Shown: positions 37,610-49,658 of the stretch, one piece after another
How the letters are laid out: each line of letters opens with the position of its first letter
Numbering within the stretch: position 1 is the first letter of the stretch
DNA from: Tubulanus polymorphus
Lineage: Eukaryota; Animalia; Nemertea
Assembly (NCBI RefSeq): GCF_964204645.1
Contig: NC_134030.1
Coordinates: forward strand, 62,001 to 126,000
Direction of reading: 5' to 3'
Length of the DNA: 64,000 bases
Translations under genes and position numbers: made by a program
Notes under the pieces: model-generated
Told to the model about the DNA's origin: nothing
The model's input: the letters and a program-made list of their open reading frames with translations, nothing else
Databases searched by the model: none

Positions 37610-39093
37610 ATGTACAGGGTAATGTACAGGGTAATGTACAGGGTAATGTACAGGGTAATGTACAGGGTAATGTACAGGGTAATGTACAGGGTAATGTACA
37701 GGGTAATGTACAGGGTAATGTACAGGGTAATGTACAGGGTAGGCGGTCGGCCGGGTCAACTTTTAAACTGAGCAGAAATTGCGAACAAGGTATCAATTAG
37801 TTAGACTAAGTTGTAATTGTAAATGTAACAGATTATTTATCAGAGATACAGAGTTTATATATCGAGGAGGCCGGGTATATATCGAGGAGGCCGGGTATAT
37901 ATCGACGAGGCCGGCCGGGTATATATCGAGGAGGCCGGGTATATATCGAGGAGGCCGGGTATATATCGAGGAGGCCGGGTATATATCGAGGAGGCCGGGT
38001 ATATATCGAGGAGGCCGGGTATATATCGAGGAGGCCGGGTATATATCGAGGAGGCCGGCCGGGTATATATCGACGAGGCCGGCCGGGTATATATCGACGA
38101 GGCCGGCCGGGTATATATCGACGAGGCCGGGCGGGTATATATCGACGAGGCCGGGTATATATCGACGAGACCGGGTATATATCGACGAGGCCGGGTATAT
38201 ATCGACGAGACCGGGTATATATCGACGAGGCCGGCCGGGTATATATCGACGAGGCCGGGTATATATCGACGAGACCGGGTATATATCGACGAGGCCGGGT
38301 ATATATCGACGAGACCGGGTATATATCGACGAGGCCGGCCGGGTATATATCGACGAGGCCGGCCGGGTATATATCGACGAGGCCGGGTATATATCGACGA
38401 GACCGGGTATATATCGACGAGGCCGGGTATATATCGACGAGGCCGGGTATATATCGACGAGACCGGGTATATATCGACGAGGCCGGCCGGGTATATATCG
38501 ACGAGGCCGGCCGGGTATATATCGACGAGGCCGGGTATATATCGACGAGACCGGGTATATATCGACGAGGCCGGGTATATATCGACGAGACCGGGTATAT
38601 ATCGACGAGGCCGGCCGGGTATATATCGACGAGGCCGGCCGGGTATATATCGACGAGGCCGGGTATATATCGAGGAGGCCGGGTATATATCGACGAGGCC
38701 GGCCGGGTATATATCGACGAGGCCGGCCGGGTATATATCGACGAGGCCGGCCGGGTATATATCGACGAGGCCGGCCGGGTATATATCGACGAGGCCGGCC
38801 GGGTATATATCGACGAGGCCGGCCGGGTATATATCGACGAGGCCGGCCGGGTATATATCGACGAGGCCGGCCGGGTATATATCGACGAGGCCGGCCGGGT
38901 ATATATCGACGAGGCCGGCCGGGTATATATCGACGAGGCCGGCCGGGTATATATCGACGAGGCCGGCCGGGTATATATCGACGAGGCCGGCCGGGTATAT
39001 ATCGACGAGGCCGGCCGGGTATATATCGACGAGGCCGGCCGGGTATATATCGACGAGGCCGGCCGGGTATATATCGACGAGGCCGGGTATATA
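37610..39093. repeat. 12-bp array (37610-37741) and CpG-rich 20/24-bp minisatellite (37856-39093)
   Basis: AATGTACAGGGT x11; CCGGGTATATATCGACGAGG(CCGG) x about 55. Confidence 0.97.
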
Positions 39094-39989
39094 TGATGTT
39101 CTGGTTTCACATTCCTATAATTCATATCAGTAATTTATACAAATAATTGAATGATGCGATATTAGTGCACGACTGACTATAGCGGCGGAAGAGAGCGGTC
39201 GGGTTTAACTGGGACACTGTGCACAATAATAATAAACCATCATCTCATAAACCATAATTATATTCTATATCTGACTGAATCAATCCAACCCCTATAAAGT
39301 CATCACGTGTCCACATCGTTCACTGGGCACTCTTTAAAATCTGGAACACGTGGTGGAACTGGGTTCACAACTGTGGAACTGGGTTCAGACATGTGGTATC
39401 GGGTTCAGTGTGGAACTGGGTTCAGAATTGTGGATCCGGAACACTGGAATTGGGTTCAGAACTACGAGACTGGGTTCAGACATGTGGAACTGGGTTCAGA
39501 CATGTGGAACTGGGTTCAGAATTGTGGAAATGGGTTCAGGTGGAACTGGGTTCAGAATTGTGGATCCGGAACAGTGGAACTAGGTCCAGTAAATGAACAG
39601 TGGAACTGGGTTCAGAACTGTGGAACTGTGTCCAGAACTGTGGTACTGGGTTCAGGACTGTGGAACTGAGTCCTGAACTGTGGAACTAGATCCTGTAACT
39701 GTGGAACTGGGTTTAGTGTGGAACTGGGCCCAATTAGTGGAATTAGGCCCGAGTTGCCGACCTACATTAAAATTTTAATTTTTCGATCCAATTTTTAATG
39801 CCCTACTTCAATCAGCCTACATGTGTTTTGTTTTGCCACGTTTTTATCTTTGTGACGTCATCGATGCTTTGAATCAGATAACGTCGTCGATTGGTTTATC
39901 AGTTGATGACGTCACGAGGTTGGGTTTAATGTGGGCGGAAGTGTCAGACAACCGGAAACTGATGAGGTTACTCGATGTATTGATTTCAG

Positions 39990-41518
39990 ATGATGTTGGA
40001 AATAAACGTCGACACGTTAGCGTTGATGGCTTCATTGTTGAACGCCGGAGACTTCTACCAGGCAACAACGCAAACAACAATGAACTCTTCCTCCATGGCA
40101 ACCACGACAACTACAGAATATACAACAATAGCAGACCCTCCTCCGCCGTCATACGCCGATCACCTAGCAACCAGAGCAATAATCACACCGGAACCAGAAT
40201 TACCGGAACCAGAAATAGAGTATACTGAGAATTTAAAGTTTGCCGACGGGACTCCGTATTTACCGACAACAGGTAAATTATATCTCTACAGTTTATCAGA
40301 CTTTAAGTTTATTCCGAGAAACGATCGAGAGAAGTGAAGAGGTCTGTGAATGAGGGAGATCCCCGCTATTAAATGATATAATCATTCATTCTAGTTATCT
40401 GTTTACAAGTCTATTTAAATATATATTGAGTGTCTGATAACAGACGCGCGCGTGCACCTGCGCGATCACTATCAATCTCTCTCTCTTTCTCTACCATCAT
40501 CAATTATTTACTTATTGTAACAATGCTTCTTTTGTTATTGTCGTTACAGCTTGTTGTCATGGTTACGAGTATAAACGTATCCCGACCGGGTTTGCGCCAA
40601 TTCCCAGAATGCATCCCGCGTTTCACGGTGAGTCTTTGAATCGTGTTTTTCTAATCTCTGCGGAGACTATAGACATATATACAGTCGTGGGTAGTGTTTT
40701 AGGGGGGTTTGACTGGCTGGGTCTCAGCGGGGGGTCAATTCTCAGAACTTCCTATCGTTACTAAAAACCACTGGTGCTACTCACAGCGGCGCATGCGCAG
40801 TTATTGAGTCATAGTGTCAATTATTCTAGGAATATCTCTTATGGTTTAATTTTTTCTAATAACAGTGAGTATGTATATTGTAGGTGGTGGACAGGTTCAA
40901 TTGTGGCAGTTTTTACTGGAATTATTGTCTGATCCAGCGAATAACTCAGAGTGTATCGGTTGGGAAGGATCTGTAGGAGAATTCCGCATGATCGACCCGG
41001 AAGAGGTGGCCAGAAAATGGGGAAAACGTAAAAACAAACCGAACATGAATTACGACAAACTGAGTCGAGCTCTCAGGTATTATTACGATAAGATGATTAT
41101 GAATAAAGTTCATGGGAAGCGATACACTTACAGATTCAACTTCAAGGTTATATTCCCGTCAGCCGCGCAGGCACTGGCAGGTTACTCTAGTAAACCATGC
41201 GGTATCTACCAACCACCGCCGATAGAGGGCGAACAGGTCTACAGAGAGGTCCCGACACCTCCTTCACCTCCGACCTCTACACCTCCTGATTCACCTCCAT
41301 TAGCATTTACACCTCTTAGTGTACCATCGGTCGGTCCGGATACCACTCCACCGCCACCTATCGTCGGGTTCAGCGATAATTGGCCGCAAGTCAAGCCGTA
41401 CGACCCGCCGCCATACCCGGGCACAACAACACCAGGGGGCGCTGCTACTGTCGGTTATAACAGTTATTCGCCATTGTCGGATTTCCAGTATTTGATTTTA
41501 GGACCGCAACACGAATAA
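39990..41518 (+). CDS. ETS-domain transcription factor, ERG/FLI1/FEV-like, no PNT domain; exons 39990-40272 and 40884-41518
   Basis: [17 protein letters not shown]...[61 protein letters not shown]; phase-1 junction ACAG|gtaaat...tgtag|GT; AATAAA just after the stop. Confidence 0.9.
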
Positions 41519-43627
41519 AGTATACATCGGTCGAATCCGGATATACTCGGGAATGTCCGGAATAAATAAACATTCACACGAAATTTCGAGTTGAAATTGA
41601 TTTTTGAGACGTCAGAAAATCATCTCAAACATAGATATATAGATATATAAATATATTACCCGGATCAGTTCGATATTGATCCGTACTAGCGTCGGGAATC
41701 ATCGGATAAGTTCGGTAATTTTCGTGATTTTCCGACGACGGTTATTTTGATATTTCTATACGTAAATTCCGCTGGTCGGAAATTTTATTAAAATATTAAA
41801 TATTATATTAATCTTTGTTACTGTATGTTTCCTCTTCGCTGCTATAAATAGATATTTTACTTATTACTTTTTCTCTTTTTATAAAAACGGGGACTAGATA
41901 TCGGTCCAGATTTACAGAGTCTATACTTACAAAGACTGGTTGCCGTATTTATGGCTGCTTTAAATTAGAACTCTCCGAGACCCAACAATCGTTTGTATTC
42001 TCGTAAACAATTTGCCTCAAAGTTATAAATTTGATTGTTGAAAATAGAACAAATTATACTTTTTTGATGTGTGTTCATTGTTAACACAGAATTGTATTTA
42101 AAAAAATGTTGGAATTAATGAATTGAGTGAAATTGTATGAAAATAAATTGTTATAGTTTTGGCCCAAGTTCCATCCGTCATTTAGGGTTTCATCTTTTAG
42201 ATTTAGCTGCTGTGTTATAGCAGGGTACACATTGAATAATGAATTGTAGGCATCCGTTTATTTCTCGTTAATTTTTGATGTAGGTTGAACTTGTTATTCG
42301 TTTTTTTAGAATATCACTTCCTCTAACAAACCATATAATTGTCTATAAACAATGTTGTTGTTGTTGTAATGAGACGACGAGGTTTTTAGTTTGGGTTTCG
42401 GGAGCTCAGTGAGTGTGGTAACAAAACGCTGTTGGTTGGTGCTAAATAAGGCATTAAAAGTGAATACTTGTATTAATTACGGTACAGAATGTTTATCGCT
42501 GGATGAAATGATTATAAATAAAACGGAATTTTTAAGTATGATATTATTTCGTTCTATTCTTGTTTATTGATTAATTTCAGAGTGAAGCGCTTTTATCGAG
42601 ACCGAGTCTATAAAACTTCAGTATAGGTCGTCGGGATCCGGTCCATAAACAACGTGGGGGTCCGCGCGCGCGGTGTCAAAATTCCTAGAAATATTAAAAC
42701 CACTCGAATGTTATATCTATTCCTAGAAATGCCAGGCGTCCTCTCTAGGCGTAGGAGGTACTTTATTGCCAACATAACAGCACTTCATATATCACTAAGT
42801 TTACATGAACCCAATGTGTCGTAGGCAAACTGACCCAAAATAACCACCAGCCACGGGATTCGAACTCAATCGTACCTTTCGGCTGTTCTGTTTCCTCCCT
42901 CCTCCGCGCCGGAGGGACATAGTGATTGATTAATGGAACAGCTGTAAGAAAATGGAAGCCCCGCCCACTTTTGAGGCGAAAAAATAAATCAACGATTTGG
43001 CTATTTTCAGTAGATTATTCAAAATAAGATTTATTTCAACATTATGAATCCAAAACATTGTAGTTTTATATCAAAGATTGACCGTGTTTCAATCAGCTGA
43101 AGTTTGCACTCTTTCTAAACGGAGAGCAACTACTTTAAGTTGTGATAAGGCGCGCGTAGTAATCTATAAAACACTCGCCTGCCGCGGTAAGCAACATGTA
43201 AAACTACAAACTGAATCGACGGATATTGTTTATTATCGGAAATCTGATTCAAAACATAAAATAAATGAGAAATATCGCTAAACTGTGTTGTAGATAATGA
43301 TTCTGATGATAAAACTACTGAAATAAATAGAAAGAATTGACTAATAATCGATATTTCAGTTGATAGTTCTCGTCTTCCAGCGACCATTGTTCCCGGCAAA
43401 ACGCGAATGAAAACATTGAAAGTTTTTGAGAGAATTGAACATCAAATTCACACTGATTTTCAACATGAAACAAGATTAGAATCAACTTGAATAAAACAGA
43501 AGATCGCTATTGATCTGAAGCGTGGATGAGAACAGTTTTATAGAAACGTAAAACAGTTGAAATAACACTTCAAAAACTAATCGGCATCTGAGAAGCAACT
43601 GGTGACGACGGGTGGCTCCGGTACGAG

Positions 43628-46600
43628 ATGGCGCAACAGCAACAATCTATTTTATCATTTACTCGGCGGCGACCGATATTAACAGAATTGTCACCTTCAC
43701 CGAGACGAGGTTAGTTTTACAGTTAAAACTGTTGTTTAGATTTCACTTTGTTAGGCCCTAAACATTAGGGGTGAGAGGATCGAAGGGGAGGGAGGCTCCT
43801 AGGGTCCTGATTCTCATTATGATTCAGATTTGGCTCAGACGAACAATTTTTGTTTTAAACCCTTCTAACCCTACTCGCCACACTGCTTCCAGCAGGGGGC
43901 CCGGCCCTGAACACCCGCAATGGCTGCGGCCCCAGTTAGTGTCTGAGAACCCCCTTAAACCTAGGCTCACTTCCCTGAACCTCCTTCTCGAGCCCCGGAC
44001 ATGGAACCCCGTCCCTGAACCTCCTCCCCGAAACCCGGACATGGAACCCGTTCCTGAACCTCCTCCCCGAGCCCCAGACATGGAACCCGTCCCTGAACCT
44101 CCTCCCAGAGACCCAGACATGGAACCCCGTCCCTGAACCTCCTCCCAGAGCCCCAGACATGGAACCCCGTCCCTGAACCTCCTCCCAGAGACCCAGACAT
44201 GGAACCCCGTCCCTGAACCTCCTCCCAGAGACCCAGACATGGAACCCCGTCCCTGAACCTCCTCCCCGAGCCCCAGACATGGAACCCGTTCCTAGTGTAT
44301 TTGTATAAAAGTTGTTTGTCTTAATTTTCAGGGAATCAAATACAGAATATGTTACGTGTTTCTGATGTTTTAACACCTTCCCCTGACGAACAAGTGATTA
44401 AAATCAGGGGTAGGCGTGAATCGAATTCTTCATTCACTGATATCGATGGTAATTATTAATCCTAGATCAACATTCCTTATTCCTGGTTTATTTATTAATC
44501 GCGTGTGTTTATATTTGACAGATATCCCCGATATCTGGGGTGAAGATGTCGTAGACGGAGCGCCCCCTAGTGCCGTAACGTTGAACTCTCGTAAACGACT
44601 CGCGCTGTCGTCTCCTATTCGAAGATCTCCGAGGAATTCCCCGAGGAAATCCCCATGGAAATCCCCGGCATCCTCGGTGGGGGTTTCCCCATTGAGGATC
44701 GTAGGGAGGAATTTAACAGCTGAATTACTGTCTCCTCCTCAGAGTCCTAAACGAGCGAGAGTCATTAAAAAGAAGTCGACTCCACTTGAGACGTGTCTTA
44801 AAGCTTTGACTTTACAACAGATGTCAGAATTATTGCTTACAATCGTGAATAAACACCCGGACATAGAGGATGTAAGTACTTTCCACCTTAAAGATATATC
44901 CACCTTAAAGATATATCCACCTCAGAGGAATCTATCTCGGAAGAATACACTTGGAGATATCCATCTCAGAAATATCTACTTGGAGATATCCATCTCAGAG
45001 ATATCCACCTTAGAGAAATCTATCTCAGAGATATCCATCTCAAAGATATCTATCTCAGAGATATCCACCTTAAAGGAATCTATGTCAGAGATATCCATCT
45101 CAAAGATGTCTATCTAAGAGATATCCACCTTAAAGGAATCTATCTCAGAGATATCCAGCTCAAAGATATCTATCTCAGAGATATCCACCTTAAAGGAATC
45201 TATCTCAGAGATATCCACCTTAAAGGAATCTATGTCAGAGATATCCACCTTAAAGGAATCTATCTCAGAGATATCCAGCTCATGTTGTTTATAATATTAA
45301 TTTGTAGGAGATCCGAGAATGTCTCCCTGCTCCTGATTTAAAACCTCTCGAGGATAAACTGAAATATTTAGAGAAGAATATTTTCAAATCGTTTCCAAAC
45401 ACGAGATGGGGTTCGAGTAGAGATGCTTTCTGTTATAGACGTGTTAAAACTCATTTAGACGCTTTCAAGGTACGTAATTCATCTATTACACATACAGAAA
45501 CTATTAGATTGTGTTAGTGAACTACAGCGGAACCTCGTTACAACAAACTTCATGTCACCAGAAACTATTAGATTGTGTTAGTGAACTACAGCGGAACCTC
45601 GTTACAACAAACTTCATGTCACCAGAAACTCTGTTCGTTATAACCCGGGCTCGCTGAGACTATAATCCTTTCTCTAGTGAGTTAGAATCTCATTCCAGTA
45701 GATGGCGCTGTGTTAGTGCAGTGATCAGGGCCGATCTTTAGTTCAGTCTCACAGCTGTAGTTCTCATTAATTCCAGTAGATGGCGCTGTGTTGGTGCAGT
45801 GATCAGGGCCGATCTTAAGTTCAGTCTCTTAGCTGTAGTTCTCATTAATTCCAGTAGATGGCGCTGTGTTGGTGCAGCGATCAGGATCGATCTTTAGTTT
45901 AGTCTCATGGCTGTAGTTCTCATTGATTCCAGTAGATGGCGCTGTGTTGGTGCAGCGATCAGGGTCGATCTTTAGTTCAGTCTAACAGCTGTAGTTCTCA
46001 TTAATTCCAGTAGATGGCGCTGTGTTGGTGCAGTGATCAGGGCCGATCTTTAGTTCAGTCTCACAGCTGTAGTTCTCATTAATTCCAGTAGATGGCGCTG
46101 TGTTGGTGCAGTGATCAGGGCCGATCTTAAGTTCAGTCTCTTAGCTGTAGTTCTCATTAATTCCAGTAGATGGCGCTGTGTTGGTGCAGCGATCAGGATC
46201 GATCTTTAGTTCAGTCTCATGGCTGTAGTTCTCATTGATTCCAGTAGATGGCGCTGTGTTGGTGCAGCGATCAGGGTCGATCTTTAGTTCAGTCTAACAG
46301 CTGTAGTTCTCATAAATTCCAGTAGATGGCGCTGTGTTGGTGCAGTGATCAGGGTCGATCTTTAGTTCAGTCTCATAGCTGTAGTTCTCATTAATTCCAG
46401 TAGATGGCGCTGTGTTGGTGCAGTGATCAGGGCCGATCTTTAGTTCAGTCTCATGGCTGTAGTTCTCATTAATTCCAGTAGATGGCGCTGTGTTGGTGCA
46501 GCGATCAGGGTCGATCTTTAGTTCAGTCTCATAGCTGTAGTTCTCATTGATTCCAGTAGATGGCGCTGTGTTGGTGCAGTGATCAGGGCCGATCTTTAGT

Positions 46601-47766
46601 CCAGTCTCATAGCTGTAGTTCTCATTAATTCCAGTAGATGGCGCTGTGTTAGTGCAGCGATCAGGGTCGATCTTTAGTTCAGTCTCTCAGCTGTAGTTCT
46701 CATTAATTCCAGTAGATGGCGCTGTGTTATATAATGATTATTGATTGTATATTTGTAGAAGACATGCAGCGATCAGGGCCGATCTTTAGTTCAGTCTCAT
46801 AGCTGTAGTTCTCATTAATTCCAGTAGATGGCGCTGTGTTATATAATGATTAATGCTTGTATATTTGTAGAAGACATGCTGCGATCAGGGCCGATCTTTA
46901 GTTCAGTCTCACAGCTGTAGTTGTCATTGATTCCAGTAGATGGCGCTGTGTTATATAATGATTATTGATTGTATATTTGTAGAAGACATGCAGCGATCAG
47001 GGCCGATCTTTAGTTCAGTCTCATAGCTGTAGTTGTCATTGATTCCAGTAGATGGCGCTGTGTTATATAATGATTATTGATTGTATATTTGTAGAAGACA
47101 TGCAGCGATCAGGGCCGATCTTTAGTTCAGTCTCATAGCTGTAGTTGTCATTGATTCCAGTAGATGGCGCTGTGTTATATAATGATTATTGATTGTATAT
47201 TTGTAGAAGACATGCAGCGATCAGGGCCGATCTTTAGTTCAGTCTCTCAGCTGTAGTTCTCATTAATTCCAGTAGATGGCGCTGTGTTATATAATGATTA
47301 TTGATTGTATATTTGTAGAAGACATGCAGCGATCAGGGCCGATCTTTAGTTCAGTCTCATAGCTGGGATTCAGTAGTTGAATACACGTGTATCGCGTGGT
47401 ACTATATCAATAGATTACCGGTTTGGGACAACAGTATTCACAACAAGAGTCAAACACAGTGTTACAGGAATCTATCCGGACAGTGCATGGCGGCCGTCAA
47501 AAAATCAGGCTGGAATCATCATCGGTTAAATATTATACGTGAAAAGTAAGTCTCATTCAGCGGGGAGAAGAGAGAGGGTGAGAGGAGAAGAGAGAGGGTG
47601 AGAGGAGAGGGAGAGGGTGAGAGGAGAGGAGAGGGGAGAGGAGGGAGATAAGGAATGTTACTGTACTGTTATTGTATCTGTATATTTCAGGTTGAACGTA
47701 TTAAAGGAATACAGCAATGAAATAGATCCAGTTATTGTACAGATTGATAAAATGTTATCTAAATAG
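43628..47766 (+). CDS. Cut8/Sts1-family nuclear proteasome tether protein; exons 43628-43709, 44332-44448, 44522-44871, 45308-45469, 47319-47545, 47691-47766
   Basis: PLETCLKALTLQQMSELLLTIVNKHPDIEDEIRECLPAPDL; NIFKSFPNTRWGSSRDAFCYRRVKTHL; INRLPVWDNSIHNKSQTQCYRNL match Cut8 motifs; SP-rich basic N-terminus; exon phases consistent. Confidence 0.85.
43970..44290. repeat. 30/31-bp repeat in Cut8 intron 1
   Basis: CCTGAACCTCCTCCCAGAGACCCAGACATGGAACCCCGT-type units. Confidence 0.92.
44885..45280. repeat. 30-bp degenerate repeat in Cut8 intron 3
   Basis: ATATCCACCTTAAAGGAATCTATCTCAGAG. Confidence 0.9.
45690..47370 (+). repeat. Two-tier array in Cut8 intron 4: 78-bp units (about 14) then 112-bp units carrying the exon-5 acceptor and exon start
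   Basis: CCAGTAGATGGCGC at 45695+78n up to 46709, then +112n up to 47269; ATATTTGTAG|AAGACATGC with AG ending at 46758, 46870, 46982, 47094, 47206, 47318. Confidence 0.95.
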
Positions 47767-47783
47767 ACAAGAAACAGTGTGTT

Positions 47784-48296
47784 GGGTACTCATCCGAGCC
47801 TATTGTAGGGTACTCATCCGAGCCTATTGTAGGGTACTCATCCGAGCCTATTGTAGGGTACTCATCCGAGCCTATTGTAGGGTACTCATCCGAGCCTATT
47901 GTAGGGTACTCATCCGAGCCTATTGTAGGGTACTCATCCGAGCCTATTGTAGGGTACTCATCCGAGCCTATTGTAGGGTACTCATCCGAGCCTATTGTAG
48001 GGTACTCATCCGAGCCTATTGTAGGGTACTCATCCGAGCCTATTGTAGGGTACTCATCCGAGCCTATTGTAGGGTACTCATCCGAGCCTATTGTAGGGTA
48101 CTCATCCGAGCCTATTGTAGGGTACTCATCCGAGCCTATTGTAGGGTACTCATCCGAGCCTATTGTAGGGTACTCATCCGAGCCTATTGTAGGGTACTCA
48201 TCCGAGCCTATTGTAGGGTACTCATCCGAGCCTATTGTAGGGTACTCATCCGAGCCTATTGTAGGGTACTCATCCGAGCCTATTGTTGGGTACTCA
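47784..48296. repeat. 24-bp perfect repeat, about 21 copies, in the Cut8 3'UTR
   Basis: GGGTACTCATCCGAGCCTATTGTA; begins about 18 nt after the stop; AATAAA near 48414. Confidence 0.96.
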
Positions 48297-48464
48297 AGGA
48301 TTTACTTAATGCATTTATCAATGAAAACAGTTTTATATTGTCTTATTACATGCAATGTATATAAAAACAATTCAATCATTTTATATTAAACTCTTTATGA
48401 ATATTTCTGTAAAAATAAAAATTCTTTTAAATGCATTTATCTCAAATATCAGTTTATCTTCAGT

Positions 48465-49020
48465 ACTCTGAATCAGTATCAGTAATAACTGGGTTCGAAC
48501 TCGGGACACCCTTGTTCATCCTCTATTCAACATCAGTACCACTCTGAATCAGTATCAGTAATTACTGGGCTCGAACCCGGGACACCCCTGTACATCCTCT
48601 AATCAGCATCAGTACCACTCTGAATCAGTATCAGTAATAACTGGGTTCGAACCCTGGACACCCCTGTACATCCTTTATTCAGCATCAGGACCACTCTGAA
48701 TCAGTGTCAGTAATTACTCGGTTCGAACCCGGGACACCCCTGTACATCCTCTAATCAGCATCAGGACCACTCTGAATCAGTATCAGTGATTACTGGGTTC
48801 GGACCCGGGAAACCCCTGTACATCCTCTAATCAGTATCAGGACCACTCTGAATCAGTATCAGTGATTACTGGGCTCGAACCCGGGAAACCCCTGTACATG
48901 TAAAAGGAATCAACAGTTCACCGTACGGTGCTGCCGCTATGCTCATCGTTAGCGGAATTTTCATACACTAACATAAATGAACTCTGGCAAGCAAGGGTTA
49001 CGGGGACTGCACGTCGATGC
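48465..49020 (-). mobile_element. 76-bp satellite (about 6 copies) plus one arm and loop of the associated hairpin
   Basis: Reverse complement of the 9124-9477 unit, followed by CCGTACGGTGCTGCCGCTATGCTCATCGTTAGCGG... Confidence 0.8.
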
Positions 49021-49362
49021 GAATTTTTTTCACACCAGGTCCGCCAATTTGTTTCTACATGTGACATGCTATCACGTGATCTCAACATGTAAACACAATA
49101 ACTACCGGTATACATAAAACACGTGTTCCTTATAAAACAGGAATAATTTGAATAACGAGATTCACTCAGTAACTAAACGAAAATTGGAGTCTAGAACATA
49201 ATCCTTAATTATAATGTTAATTGGGGAATTAAATGCTCAGTTTTATTAATTATAATTTATACTGATGTAGACACCGCGCTGTCCTCAATTTAGCTTCTGC
49301 AGGGAATCAAGTCTACGTCCTTGAGCTCCTTCGGAAGGGCTAACAATAAATACAGGCCTCTC

Positions 49363-49658
49363 CATAGGCGTCGCCAGGACTTTTTATGGGGGTCCGAATA
49401 TCGGCAATTTGGTGAATCTAGTAAGGCAACGAAGCTGCCTTTGACGAGGACTCAAGGTCCGAAGTCCCCATGGGGGCTGTGGGGGTCCTCCCCCATGAAA
49501 ATTTTAAAAATTAGGAGCGATTAAAAGCGTTTTTCCACCACCTTGAGTGATTACCTTGTGGAAAAAAAACACGAGTTTTTACATAGTAAAAAATGAAGAA
49601 ACCTAGCCGAAAAAGGGGGTTCGTTCGCACCCCCCGAACCCCCCTGGCGACGCCTATG
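49363..49658. mobile_element. MITE of about 296 bp with 16-bp TIRs
   Basis: CATAGGCGTCGCCAGG ... CCTGGCGACGCCTATG; CTCTC on both flanks. Confidence 0.85.

Noticed and set aside
37779-39146. 455- and 430-aa ORFs on both strands
   Set aside because: Artefacts of the 20/24-bp repeat in a probable intron
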